A DNA stretch of 44,013 bases from an uncultured delta proteobacterium (GTDB lineage Bacteria > Desulfobacterota > Binatia > UBA9968). The notes beneath the pieces are model-generated. The model made no database searches, was not told the origin of the DNA, and was given only the letters and a program-made list of their open reading frames with translations. The position numbers and the translations under genes are program-made. Below are positions 19,610-28,855 of this stretch, in pieces (position 1 is the stretch's first letter; every line of letters begins with the position of its first letter). The stretch is taken from NCBI GenBank assembly GCA_963755715.1, contig CAVWLW010000042.1, forward strand, positions 1 to 44,013, in the 5' to 3' direction.

Positions 19610-20610
19610 TTTGTCGTTCTCCTTTGTGTTGCTTCCAGTTCTTTTTTCACTTCTTCGACCAATTGCAGATGCAGCAAGCGTTCCGGTGGGATATCTTCCT
19701 TGATCTGCATCGGAATCTTGATGTCGTATTCGAGGAAATTCTTGATGCCCTCCGCCGTCGGAAGTCCCGGCACGCCTTGAGGCAAGGCGCGCACGTAATT
19801 TTTTGTTCCTTCCAAGACCATGGCGCGTGTCGCTCTGCCGAGTTGCAGTTTTTTCATACCGAGATCGACGGCTTCCTCGGGCCGATCGCGCACGAACATA
19901 AGACCGCGCATCGCGCCCTTGAGCCAGCGCTTGATCTGCGCCGGATTGTCGCGGATTTTTTTCTCCGTGGCGACGAAGCCCTGAAACGGCATCGGAAAAA
20001 GATCGCCGAGAAAGCCGAGAGACACGAGCCCTTCTTTTTGGGCGAAGACGAGGCCGCCGGGATCGACCGTGGTCGCCTGCGCGTTGCCGCTCTTGATCGT
20101 TAGAATGCGGGTGCTCGTGTCCGCGCCCACGGCGATGCGCATAATTTCTTTTGACGTCACGCCGCCGCGCTCGGCGAACATCGTGATCATCCGGTCTTGT
20201 GTGTCGCCGGCACTACCGATGGCAACTTTTTTGCCCTTCAAGTCAGCAGCCGTTTTGATGCTGGGATCGGCGACGAGATAAAAGGTGACTTTCTCAGATT
20301 GAAAGTAGATGCCTTTCAGCGGCGCGCCCTTGAGCGCGGCGCGCATGCCGCTGCCGCCGGCACCGCTATAATCGACGTCGCCGCTGAGCAAAGCGGCGAT
20401 CGACAACGGACCGGAGATAACAACGGTTTCGTTTTCGAGCCCTTCGTCTTTGAAGAATCCTTTGGCGTCGGCGACGTAGATAGAAAGATAATTCAGATTG
20501 GCCTGCGGGATCGCGGTGCGGATTTTTTCGGCGCGAGCTATAGACGCCCCCAATAATAAGGCGACTGTTATCGACAAGTAACAGCACGATCGCGGTAGTT
20601 CAGACAGCAC
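19606..20610 (-). CDS. ABC substrate-binding protein, NMT1/SsuA-like
   Basis: Signal peptide ARA-E; GFFKDEGLE, ALLSGDVD, DLKGKKVA. Confidence 0.88.
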   Translation of the reverse strand: MLSELPRSCCYLSITVALLLGASIARAEKIRTAIPQANLNYLSIYVADAKGFFKDEGLENETVVISGPLSIAALLSGDVDYSGAGGSGMRAALKGAPLKGIYFQSEKVTFYLVADPSIKTAADLKGKKVAIGSAGDTQDRMITMFAERGGVTSKEIMRIAVGADTSTRILTIKSGNAQATTVDPGGLVFAQKEGLVSLGFLGDLFPMPFQGFVATEKKIRDNPAQIKRWLKGAMRGLMFVRDRPEEAVDLGMKKLQLGRATRAMVLEGTKNYVRALPQGVPGLPTAEGIKNFLEYDIKIPMQIKEDIPPERLLHLQLVEEVKKELEATQRRTTK

Positions 20611-20645
20611 TGGGAAATTCCTGGTTTACTTGCGAATGACGGTTA

Positions 20646-21454
20646 TCACGAGAAATATCTGTAGATCAGCCGCTTCGGATGGGTAATCGCGAGCCACAGC
20701 GCGCGCATCTTGCCAGCGATGCCGCAGCGCGGCGTGAAGAGATCCTTGAGCATCAGGCTAAGCGGGATTCTATGCTTGGGAAATTTCTGCTCGCCGATGT
20801 TGCGCACGGCGTATTTTTCTTTGGTCTCTTTCAGCACATAAACGACATTGCCGCCGCCGGCTTCTTTCTCGCCGTATATATAACCGCCGACCGCCTCGGC
20901 TTGCTTCTTGGCTTTGTCGGAAATTTCTTCCGAGAAACCGAAATCGAGCGCATTTACAGGACAAGCCTGGACGCAGAAAGGTTGCTTGTCTTCGCTAATG
21001 CGGTCGCTGCACATGGTGCACTTGCTGGCTTTGCCGGTGATCTCGTTTTTAGTAATCACTTCCCAGGGACAGGCGTGAATGCAGTATTCGCAGCCGATGC
21101 AAGACGTCTTGATTAATGACGACCGGGCCTTCTTCGTATTTGGTGATCGCCTCGACCGGACAGACGGCGGCGCAGGCGGCGAAGGTGCAGTGCATGCAGC
21201 TATTGCGCGCCCACAACGGCGAAAGCCCTTCCAGGACCGGCGGCTCCATGGTGATCCAGTTAGTTGCTCGATAATTCGTAGAGGCTAGTTCGATCGTGAT
21301 CGTTCCAGTCTTTGCACGCCTGCACGCAGTGGCGGCAGCCAATGCATTTCGTCGCGTCAAACAAGATGCTGCGCGGTTTGCCGTCTATGAGCCGGCCTGT
21401 GGGCACCAGATTGCCGTATTCGCGATGGAGAGTTTCAGCCGGATTAATAGCCAT
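20646..21454 (-). CDS. 4x[4Fe-4S] FdnH/DmsB-like electron transfer protein (frameshifts ~21265, ~21101)
   Basis: CIGCRHCVQAC, CMHC...CAAVCP, CIGCEYCIHACP, KCTMC...CVQACP, YGEKEAGG across three ORF pieces. Confidence 0.88.
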
Positions 21455-21634
21455 TCGGCTCCTTTCTAATGTGCGCTCGCTGAAAGCGTGGTTTATCACT
21501 TAACTTTTACATGCGTCAACTGAATCGCACGAGGAGAAACAGTTGCGTCTGAGATGGAGCTCTTGTATTTCTCATCCAGTATCGAATAGCCTGAGAGCAA
21601 TTATGTCAGCGCGATATTATCGAGGAGGTAACCT

Positions 21635-22363
21635 ATGTCTTCCGGTACTTGGCGGGGAATCGTTGGCGTCGTGAAGCCGACTTATGGGTCGGGCTCGCTC
21701 GTGGAATTTATCCGTCTCTTGCCTGAAGGTGTCGGCTGCATCCCGATGTACGCTGGGATCAAAGAGCATTCGGAGCGCGGTTACCTCGGCGCGTTGGAAA
21801 CCTACAACGCCAAAGTCGCCGAGCTGGCCGAGATCGGCGTCGATCTGATGCATCCCGAAGGCGGGCCGCCGTTCATGGTGCGCGGCTACAAAGCCGAGCA
21901 GGAGATCGTCGCCGGTTGGGAGGCGAAATATAAAATTCCGATCTTCACTTCCGGCATCTCGCAGGCCGAGGCGCTGCGCGCGTTGGGAATAAAAAAGTTC
22001 GTTGGGTGCACTTATTTTAACGACGAGAAGCTCAATTCGCTCTTTGCTCGGTATTTCACCGACGCCGGTTTCGAAGTTCTCGGGATGGAAGGGATGGATA
22101 CGACGCCGTATGACGCAGACAAGATCTCAACGGACACGATCTACCAGCATCTCAAATCCTCATTCAACAAACACCCAACGGCACAAGGAATTTACTTGCT
22201 CGGCTCGGGCGCATGGCAGGTGAAAGACATCGTTGACGTCGAGAACGATCTCGGCGTTCCAGTCGTTCATCCGGTCGCCGCGCGGGTCTGGTATGTGCAG
22301 AAAAAATTGCGAGTGAGGAACCCGATAAAAGGCGCGAGCCTGTTGCTGGAGGAAATTCCGTAG
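21635..22363 (+). CDS. Maleate isomerase/arylmalonate decarboxylase (Asp/Glu racemase) fold protein
   Basis: GVVKP, PEGV, ALRALGIKK, YFTDAGFEV, ENDLGVPVV. Confidence 0.8.
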   Translation: MSSGTWRGIVGVVKPTYGSGSLVEFIRLLPEGVGCIPMYAGIKEHSERGYLGALETYNAKVAELAEIGVDLMHPEGGPPFMVRGYKAEQEIVAGWEAKYKIPIFTSGISQAEALRALGIKKFVGCTYFNDEKLNSLFARYFTDAGFEVLGMEGMDTTPYDADKISTDTIYQHLKSSFNKHPTAQGIYLLGSGAWQVKDIVDVENDLGVPVVHPVAARVWYVQKKLRVRNPIKGASLLLEEIP

Positions 22364-22389
22364 AATCGAATCAGCAGATCGAAGGGCAT

Positions 22390-22533
22390 CGGGTTCGCTT
22401 TACCCATCCTGAGGATTGTGACACAGAATGAGTCGAATCGTGCGCGTGGGCAAGACTAGGATAAACTTCGCGAAGCATCTCGTATTTTTGAGTGTTTGAA
22501 GTCGAGATCCTTCGGCTTTGCCTCAGGATGACA
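22390..22533. repeat. REP-like half element plus ...GATGACA palindrome arm between convergent genes
   Basis: CGGGTTCGCTTTACCCATCCT at 22390; GAGATCCTTCGGCTTTGCCTCAGGATGACA at 22504, similar to the inner arm at ~28780. Confidence 0.55.
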
Positions 22534-22536
22534 TCT

Positions 22537-24423
22537 TTAATCAAGCTGGGCCCACTCCGAAAATTCTTCGAGCCCGAGTTTCTCCAGCGTGTCCTTGTAT
22601 GGTCGCCCGGTTCGTTCGTGCCGGCCGGAGAGTTCGTAATATTCCCAAATCATATCCGGTAGCCACTTGGCGATGGTGAAGCCTTTGTATTTGCCGTCGG
22701 GAATCGGTTCCAAAAATCTCGGGCCTACGTCTTGCCAGTCGAAGTCGGCGATCCAGCCGCGCTGGGTGCCGAAAAGGCTTTGCAAAATCATGCTGCGATG
22801 GCCGGCTTGAAGGGCTTCATCCATCGAAAAATTCCAGCCAGTGATGGCGTTGAAAGCGTCGACGATGCTGTTGAGACCGTCTTTCTTGTGACTCTCTTGG
22901 GCGAACCAGCAGCCGCCGAAGATGCCGGTGAATTGTCTGTACTGTTCCGAAATAACATGGGACCAAACCCAACCTTCAGGGTTGTCCATTTCCAACGGAC
23001 CCCATTTTTCTTTGTCGCGCAAATCAGGTGGTGGATTCTTTGACCCTCCGCCTTGCGGTTTCATGCCGCCGCTGGCGACCAGCTCACGCAACATTTGACC
23101 GAGCAGTGGGCGCCACTCGTGCATCGCCGGCGTGCCGCCTTTGGTGTGGACCGCCCATTGGGGCGCGTCGCCGCCAAGCGCTTCGGCAAGCTGCTTAGGC
23201 CCTTCGGCGAGCAGATTTCCTAGCCAGCCTTCGCGGCGCGCTGCCATGTCCAACAGTTTGTCGACAGCTTCGACGTTGCCCCATTCGAGTTTCAAGCCAT
23301 TGGTTCGGTCCGGACCGAGCAGGCCTTTTTCCCACGCTTCGAAAGCGACTCCGGCGCCGCAGGAAAAATGGCTGCATTCGATTCCTAAATTGTTGATCTT
23401 CTCGGCTAAATAGAGCACGGCGTTGCCTTTGATGCCGAGATTGAAAAAAGTGTCGAGCCATTCACCGCCGGCGTTGAAGTGAACTACCGTGCCTTTGAAC
23501 TCGCCCTCGCCGAGCTTGGCGTCCCACGGGCACATGCGCGCGCATTGAAAGCAGGGACGGAGCACGACGTCGTTTTGATCGAAGCCTTTGATATGCGCGG
23601 GTTGAATGTCGGTGCTGCGCCAGTTGAGATTATTCAATGCGCCCCAGGCATCGCCGTGGCCGTACTTGGTTTTCTTTTTCTTGACGTCGTGTTGCTGCAA
23701 GACGTTGCGCCAGCGCAAGCCGGCGTCCGCTAGCTTCGCTTTGTCGCGGTGACTCGGCCGCAGAGTGCCGGAGACGACGATGGCTTTGAGTTTCTTCGAC
23801 CCGAGCACGGCGCCGCCGCTGTGGGCGGCGAAATGATTGTAGTCGTTGGCGAGCATCGCTGCGCGGTTCATGTTTTCGCCCGCGGGGCCGATGCACAGCA
23901 CTCTGGCGTCGCGGTTGCCGACGATTTCGCGCAGGCGATCTTCGGTGTCGCGGGTGCCGGCACCCCATACTTGCGCGGCGTCGCGCAGCTCGGGCTTGCC
24001 GTCTTTGATGTAAAGATAAACCGGTTTGGGTGCCGCGCCGTTGAGAATAATTCCGTCGTAGCCGGCTGCTTTGAGATAGGTTCCCCAGTAGCCGCTGGTC
24101 GCACCGCGGCCGAGTGTCGTATTCGTCAGCGGGCTCAAGTACACCGCAGTCATTTTGGTGCCGCCGGGAGTGAAACCATTGCCGGTCAGAGGTCCAGTCA
24201 TGATCACGACAATGTTCTCCGGACCGAAGGGCGTGGCGTCGAGCGGCAACTCGTTCATTAAAATGTAGAGCGCCAGCGCCTGGCCGCCGATGAACTTTTT
24301 CAGGATCGGTTCTTCGGGCAAATTCTCATTTTTCAATGTTCCAGTCGTGAGATCGACGCGAAGAATTTTACCCATGTAGCCACCGGGGAGGGGAGTCGTT
24401 CGATGAGAGGGGAATAGATTCAT
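22537..24423 (-). CDS. Aldehyde:ferredoxin oxidoreductase family protein, copy 2 (intact)
   Basis: 628 aa; GYMGKILRVDL, IGPAGEN, GAVLGSKKLKA, CFQCARMC, LEWGN, GGCWFA. Confidence 0.93.
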   Translation of the reverse strand: MNLFPSHRTTPLPGGYMGKILRVDLTTGTLKNENLPEEPILKKFIGGQALALYILMNELPLDATPFGPENIVVIMTGPLTGNGFTPGGTKMTAVYLSPLTNTTLGRGATSGYWGTYLKAAGYDGIILNGAAPKPVYLYIKDGKPELRDAAQVWGAGTRDTEDRLREIVGNRDARVLCIGPAGENMNRAAMLANDYNHFAAHSGGAVLGSKKLKAIVVSGTLRPSHRDKAKLADAGLRWRNVLQQHDVKKKKTKYGHGDAWGALNNLNWRSTDIQPAHIKGFDQNDVVLRPCFQCARMCPWDAKLGEGEFKGTVVHFNAGGEWLDTFFNLGIKGNAVLYLAEKINNLGIECSHFSCGAGVAFEAWEKGLLGPDRTNGLKLEWGNVEAVDKLLDMAARREGWLGNLLAEGPKQLAEALGGDAPQWAVHTKGGTPAMHEWRPLLGQMLRELVASGGMKPQGGGSKNPPPDLRDKEKWGPLEMDNPEGWVWSHVISEQYRQFTGIFGGCWFAQESHKKDGLNSIVDAFNAITGWNFSMDEALQAGHRSMILQSLFGTQRGWIADFDWQDVGPRFLEPIPDGKYKGFTIAKWLPDMIWEYYELSGRHERTGRPYKDTLEKLGLEEFSEWAQLD

Positions 24424-24452
24424 GCTCGTAGCAACCTCTTGTGCTTTGATTC

Positions 24453-24495
24453 ATTCCAAGCGTTCAAACCGCTCCAGCTGCTTAAACTTCGAACT
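24453..24495. repeat. Degenerate 9-nt periodic repeat, single arm
   Basis: TTCCAAGCG-TTCAAACCG-CTCCAGCTG-CTTAAAC. Confidence 0.45.
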
Positions 24496-24496
24496 T

Positions 24497-25489
24497 TCAA
24501 CGTGCGCCGAAAATAGACCGCATTTCTTCGCTCGCGGGACCGTAGTCTTTCGCCAATCTCGGGTCGCTGGCTTGAAGCTTCACATTACGGAGCGGAAAAA
24601 CCTGCGGGTCGATGTCCCGGTGGCTGGGAATTCGGCCCTGGTCGCGCAGCATGCGTTGACCTTCGGCGGAAAGAATAAAACTCATCAGCAACTTGCCGGC
24701 GTTGGGATGGGGCGCGGCCTTTATTAATGCGATTGGGTGCACATAGGTAATCACCGGCTCGTCGAAGACGTACTGCACGGGTCCGCCTTGGCCTTTGATG
24801 CGCGCGGCGATGTGCGCGTAGGTATTGCTCACGGCGTGGAACTCCCCCGCGGCCAAAAGTTGCGCCGTGATGTTATGACCGTCGCGCACGCCCGGCTGCT
24901 GCGTAGCGAGCGCCTTTAAAAAATTCCGCGCTTTTTCTTTGCCCCAGCGCCGCTGTAGGCTCACGTACCATTCCGGATCCAGGAGGTTTACGCCGAGGCG
25001 GCCTTTCCAACGAGACGCAAGCAAATCTTCGTATTTTTTCGGTGCTTCGTTTGGTTTCACCAGCTGAGTATTGTACGCCATCGAATTGAGTAGCGAATGG
25101 ACGCTGACCCAGTGACCGTCGGGATCTTTGAAGCCTTCGTTGTAGGACGATGCTTCCGGCGGCACGAATCTTTGCGTCAGTCCCGATTCTTTCATCAGCT
25201 GTAGTTGAAAGCCTGCCGCCGTGACGACATCGACGGCGAAGCGGCCGGCTTTCGCTTCCGTGGCTGCGCGCTGCAGGACGCGCTCACTGGTGCCGCGGTA
25301 AAACGACGGCTTGATGTTTGGATACTTTTTTTTGAATGCGTCGACAAGAGTGACGATCTGCTCGTTGTTGAGCGAGCTGTAAAGAATGACTTCTCCTTCG
25401 GTTTTGGCGGAGTCTTCGATGGTCGCGGCGATCGAGAAGTTGGGAGAAAATGCAACGAGGATAAAATAGGACAGAAGGTGTCGCTTCAT
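24497..25489 (-). CDS. Extracellular solute-binding protein (Fe/AfuA-like fold)
   Basis: Signal peptide; EGEVILYSS, AYNTQLV, APHPNAGKL. Confidence 0.88.
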   Translation of the reverse strand: MKRHLLSYFILVAFSPNFSIAATIEDSAKTEGEVILYSSLNNEQIVTLVDAFKKKYPNIKPSFYRGTSERVLQRAATEAKAGRFAVDVVTAAGFQLQLMKESGLTQRFVPPEASSYNEGFKDPDGHWVSVHSLLNSMAYNTQLVKPNEAPKKYEDLLASRWKGRLGVNLLDPEWYVSLQRRWGKEKARNFLKALATQQPGVRDGHNITAQLLAAGEFHAVSNTYAHIAARIKGQGGPVQYVFDEPVITYVHPIALIKAAPHPNAGKLLMSFILSAEGQRMLRDQGRIPSHRDIDPQVFPLRNVKLQASDPRLAKDYGPASEEMRSIFGAR

Positions 25490-25509
25490 GTACTATTTCG
25501 ATGCTTCCT

Positions 25510-26490
25510 TCACACATGTCCGATGAAAAGCTCGTCCATCGGCAGCATGGTTTTCATCAGACCTTGCTCGATCTGATAGCGATTCATCGCCGCGAGCGTG
25601 CGTTTCTCGTTTTCACCCATGACGTAGGCATAGGGATCTTCGCCGAGCACGTCGCGCTCTTTTTGATAGCCGGAGATTTCCTCGGCGGGCATGTACTGAG
25701 TCGCGACATCGCGGGCTTCCATGAAGGCGCGCGTCAATTTCGCCGGCAAGTCAGGATGGCGTTCGACGACTTCGCGGCGGATCGACAAAACGTGCATGAT
25801 CGGATTGATGCCGGTCTTTTTCACGTAATCGATAATCTCCTGAGTGTCCGCGAAGAGAGGCTTTACCCCGGCGTGAGCAGACATCATTTTCGGCGTTTCG
25901 CCGCCACCGAAAAATCCAGCATAACCATTGTCCCCAGGAACCACGGCGCCGTGCAGTTCGCCTTCATTCAGCATTTTTGAAAGCACCAGTTTCTCTCCGC
26001 CGAAGGGTGGCGGCGGTTCGATGCGCTGCACTTTGACCGGCAGCTCGTGGCCGATGAAAACTTCCCGGCCGGAGACGAACCACTGCATGTCGGTAGTTTT
26101 AATATTGTGCGCGTCGAGCAGGTAGCCGCGTGCCCAAACCACGGCGGTGGCGCCGTAGCGAAAACAGCCGAACTTTTTGCCTTTCAGTTCCGACGGATGT
26201 TTTAGATGGTTCTCGCAATGATAAATATTGCGCTGGCGCGGACCACGCTCGAAGAACACCGGAATCGCGAGCAGCTGCTGACCTTTCTCGATGGCGCGCA
26301 ACAGGCTCGCGGCGGAAACCTCGCCGACATCCCACTCGCCGTGCAGATACTTGTAATGGCGCTCGCCGGAAGAAACAAAATTAGGGTCGACGTCAAGCTC
26401 ATAGCCTTCGATGCCGACTTTGCCGTCGATGATCGCCTGGCAGCGCGGATGGTCTGGGAGACCGAGGGTGATTTTGTGTTTGTTTGACAT
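25510..26490 (-). CDS. SBP-fold protein resembling 4,5-dihydroxyphthalate decarboxylase family
   Basis: DGKVGIEG, EWDVGEVS, AIPVF, ELKGKK, TAVVWARGYL, TGINPIMH, DPYAY; no signal peptide. Confidence 0.75.
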   Translation of the reverse strand: MSNKHKITLGLPDHPRCQAIIDGKVGIEGYELDVDPNFVSSGERHYKYLHGEWDVGEVSAASLLRAIEKGQQLLAIPVFFERGPRQRNIYHCENHLKHPSELKGKKFGCFRYGATAVVWARGYLLDAHNIKTTDMQWFVSGREVFIGHELPVKVQRIEPPPPFGGEKLVLSKMLNEGELHGAVVPGDNGYAGFFGGGETPKMMSAHAGVKPLFADTQEIIDYVKKTGINPIMHVLSIRREVVERHPDLPAKLTRAFMEARDVATQYMPAEEISGYQKERDVLGEDPYAYVMGENEKRTLAAMNRYQIEQGLMKTMLPMDELFIGHV

Positions 26491-26521
26491 AATTAGATTC
26501 CTTCCATAGCCACTCAAAAAG

Positions 26522-26587
26522 TTTCGTTCAATCCGTTTAAATCGTTCAAGTCGTTTTCCGAACGGTTTGACGGCTTGAACCTTTAAA
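26522..26587. repeat. Inverted 9-nt periodic repeat (GTTCAA/TTGAAC variant)
   Basis: CGTTCAATC-CGTTTAAAT-CGTTCAAGT-CGTT facing GAACGGTTTGACGGCTTGAAC. Confidence 0.65.
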
Positions 26588-27652
26588 TCAGCGGGCGCCG
26601 CCGAAAATCTCCCGATACCGATTGCCGATCGCCTGATATCTTCTGCCTATATCGAAAATATCCGGCGTGCGCACGTCCTGGCCTTCTAAAACCTGGCTCT
26701 CGGGTGATTTGACTTTGGCGTGCGCCGGCATGCGATTGGTCGTCACGACGATCTTCTGTCCATCCTCGGACAACAGATAGTCAATGAATAACGCACCGGT
26801 ATAAGGGCGCGGCGCGTTGGCGCTCATGAAAACTAGGCTCGGACTCAGGAAATACGGCTGGATCGGCGCAAACGAAAGCGGCGCTCCTTGCTTATTCAAA
26901 GTGAGCACGGAATTCAAATTCGTCTCGACTGCCATATCGAATTCTCCCGCGGCGACCAGTTGCGTCATCAAGCGCCGACCGCGCTGGTGCGAAATATTCT
27001 GCTCGTTCAACTGCCGCATAAATCGTAATCCGGCCTCCTCGCCGAGATACTGAAGCATGGTACCGAACCAAACATAGGACTGACTGTCCATGGTCAGCTT
27101 GCCTTTCCAGCGCGGCTTTAAAAGATCTTCCACAGTGCGCGGCGCTTCTTCTTTCTTAATTTGCCGCGTGTTGTAGGCGCTGACCATGACATTGGTCATG
27201 TACGCCGTCCACAAACCGTCTTTGTCTTTCAGACCGTCGCGGAAAAATTCTCTTTCGGGAGAGCGATATCGCATGGCGATTTTCTTTTCGATCAGCGCCA
27301 AGACGCCCAATTGACCGCTCAGAACGACGTCGGAGACCGGCTTGCCGGCACGCGCTTCCACATCAAGCCGGGTGATGATTGCGGCACCGGAAAAATGGAC
27401 GCTGGCGGCCTTCGTTCCCGGGTAGCGCTTCATGAAACCATCCGTGAGCGGTTTCATCGCCGACACGTCCATGTTGGCGTAGATCACCGCCTCGCCTTCG
27501 TTCTTTGCCAGCTCGTACAAGCGCTGCTGGCGCTCTTGCGGCGCCACCTTTTCTAAAGCGGCAAGCTTCGATTCTGCGGTTTGCGCTGACAGAATGTTGG
27601 GCCAGAACCAGAGCAACGAGATTACGATAGACAGATAAGTCTTATTCGTCAT
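26588..27652 (-). CDS. Extracellular solute-binding protein (Fe/AfuA-like fold)
   Basis: Signal peptide; EGEAVIY, AYNT, DLLKPRWKGK; paralog of 24497..25489. Confidence 0.88.
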   Translation of the reverse strand: MTNKTYLSIVISLLWFWPNILSAQTAESKLAALEKVAPQERQQRLYELAKNEGEAVIYANMDVSAMKPLTDGFMKRYPGTKAASVHFSGAAIITRLDVEARAGKPVSDVVLSGQLGVLALIEKKIAMRYRSPEREFFRDGLKDKDGLWTAYMTNVMVSAYNTRQIKKEEAPRTVEDLLKPRWKGKLTMDSQSYVWFGTMLQYLGEEAGLRFMRQLNEQNISHQRGRRLMTQLVAAGEFDMAVETNLNSVLTLNKQGAPLSFAPIQPYFLSPSLVFMSANAPRPYTGALFIDYLLSEDGQKIVVTTNRMPAHAKVKSPESQVLEGQDVRTPDIFDIGRRYQAIGNRYREIFGGAR

Positions 27653-27681
27653 ACGGCATACTCCATCCATCGAAGTCTTTG

Positions 27682-28680
27682 TCACTTTCGTCCGGGTATA
27701 CCCAACTCCTTGTGAATTTCACGGAGCACGGAAAAATCAACGAGCTGGGCCAACGGCGGGCTGGTCGTCAGTTTCAATGGTTGAGTGATCGTGAGATCGA
27801 TGTTCTTGCGCATGGCGTCGTCGGTGGCGCCGCCGGGATTTTGCGGATCGATCGCCTTAATACACACGTCGGCGGCGCCTTCGATCACATCGCGCGGATG
27901 GCCGAATTCCGCTTGAGCCATTTTGTAAGTTTCCTCTTTGCGAGCGATCATGAGCTGCAGGCTCTTTACCATCGCGCGGGTCCAGCGCTTGATTTTATCG
28001 CGACGATTCGTCAGATGAGCGTCGGACGTCGAATAGCCGGCCCAGGGCCAGGGCCCCATGTCGGCGAGCACGCCGAGCTCCGTGAAGCCCTGCTTCTTCA
28101 TGATGAATGCCGCATCGGGATTGAACGCGCGCGCTTGGATGATGCCGCTGCGCATCGCGATGATGGAAGTTTCAGCGCCGCCGATGGTCATGAATGTCAC
28201 GTCCTTCTTCGGGTCCATGCCGTGATTCTGCAAGACTATGGACGCGGCGACTTCCGTGGTCGCACCCGGTCCGGTGGTGCCGATCACTTTTCCTTTTAAG
28301 TCTTGCACGCGTTTGATGCCTGGCGCACCCATCAAGACGAAGAGCGATTTGTCATAGGGAAAAAAATTTGCCTTCAAAGGCGCGCCGCGCGCCGCCGCGC
28401 GCATTGAAGAGCCGGCGATGCCGGCAACATCGATCTCGCCGGCCAACAGCGCGGTCACGACGACGTTGCTGTTGACGACGATCCATTGAATTTCCAATCC
28501 TTCTTGAGCGAAAAGGCCCGACCGCATGCCGACGTAAAGCGGTAGATACCCAAAGTCTTTGGTGGAAAGAGCGACGCGAAAAAGCTCGGCGCGAAGGTCT
28601 CTCGCGGAGCAGAAGAATATTGCGGCGAGAAATGTGACGAGTAAGATGCGATGCGCGCAGCCGTGTAATCGTGTTGCCAT
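27682..28680 (-). CDS. ABC substrate-binding protein, NMT1/SsuA-like
   Basis: Signal peptide; GLFAQEGLE, ALLAGEID, DLKGKVIG. Confidence 0.88.
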   Translation of the reverse strand: MATRLHGCAHRILLVTFLAAIFFCSARDLRAELFRVALSTKDFGYLPLYVGMRSGLFAQEGLEIQWIVVNSNVVVTALLAGEIDVAGIAGSSMRAAARGAPLKANFFPYDKSLFVLMGAPGIKRVQDLKGKVIGTTGPGATTEVAASIVLQNHGMDPKKDVTFMTIGGAETSIIAMRSGIIQARAFNPDAAFIMKKQGFTELGVLADMGPWPWAGYSTSDAHLTNRRDKIKRWTRAMVKSLQLMIARKEETYKMAQAEFGHPRDVIEGAADVCIKAIDPQNPGGATDDAMRKNIDLTITQPLKLTTSPPLAQLVDFSVLREIHKELGIPGRK

Positions 28681-28712
28681 TGTACTAATGGAGCTTGACC
28701 AATCGGACTGTT

Positions 28713-28850
28713 TCCCGCAAAGACGCCAAGACGCAAAGGTAATGAATTGTCATTTCGACCAAAGGGAGAAATCTTTCTCAGATCCCTCACATTCGCTCGG
28801 GATGCCGGGTCCCGACCCGTCACTTAGCGTCTTTGCGCCTCGGCGGGAGA
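28713..28850. repeat. Nested palindromic element
   Basis: Outer arms CGCAAAGACGCCAAGACGCAAAG / CTTAGCGTCTTTGCGCCTCGGCG enclose inner TGTCATTTCGACC...AGAAATCT / AGATCCCT...TCGGGATG. Confidence 0.75.
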
Positions 28851-28855
28851 TTTTC

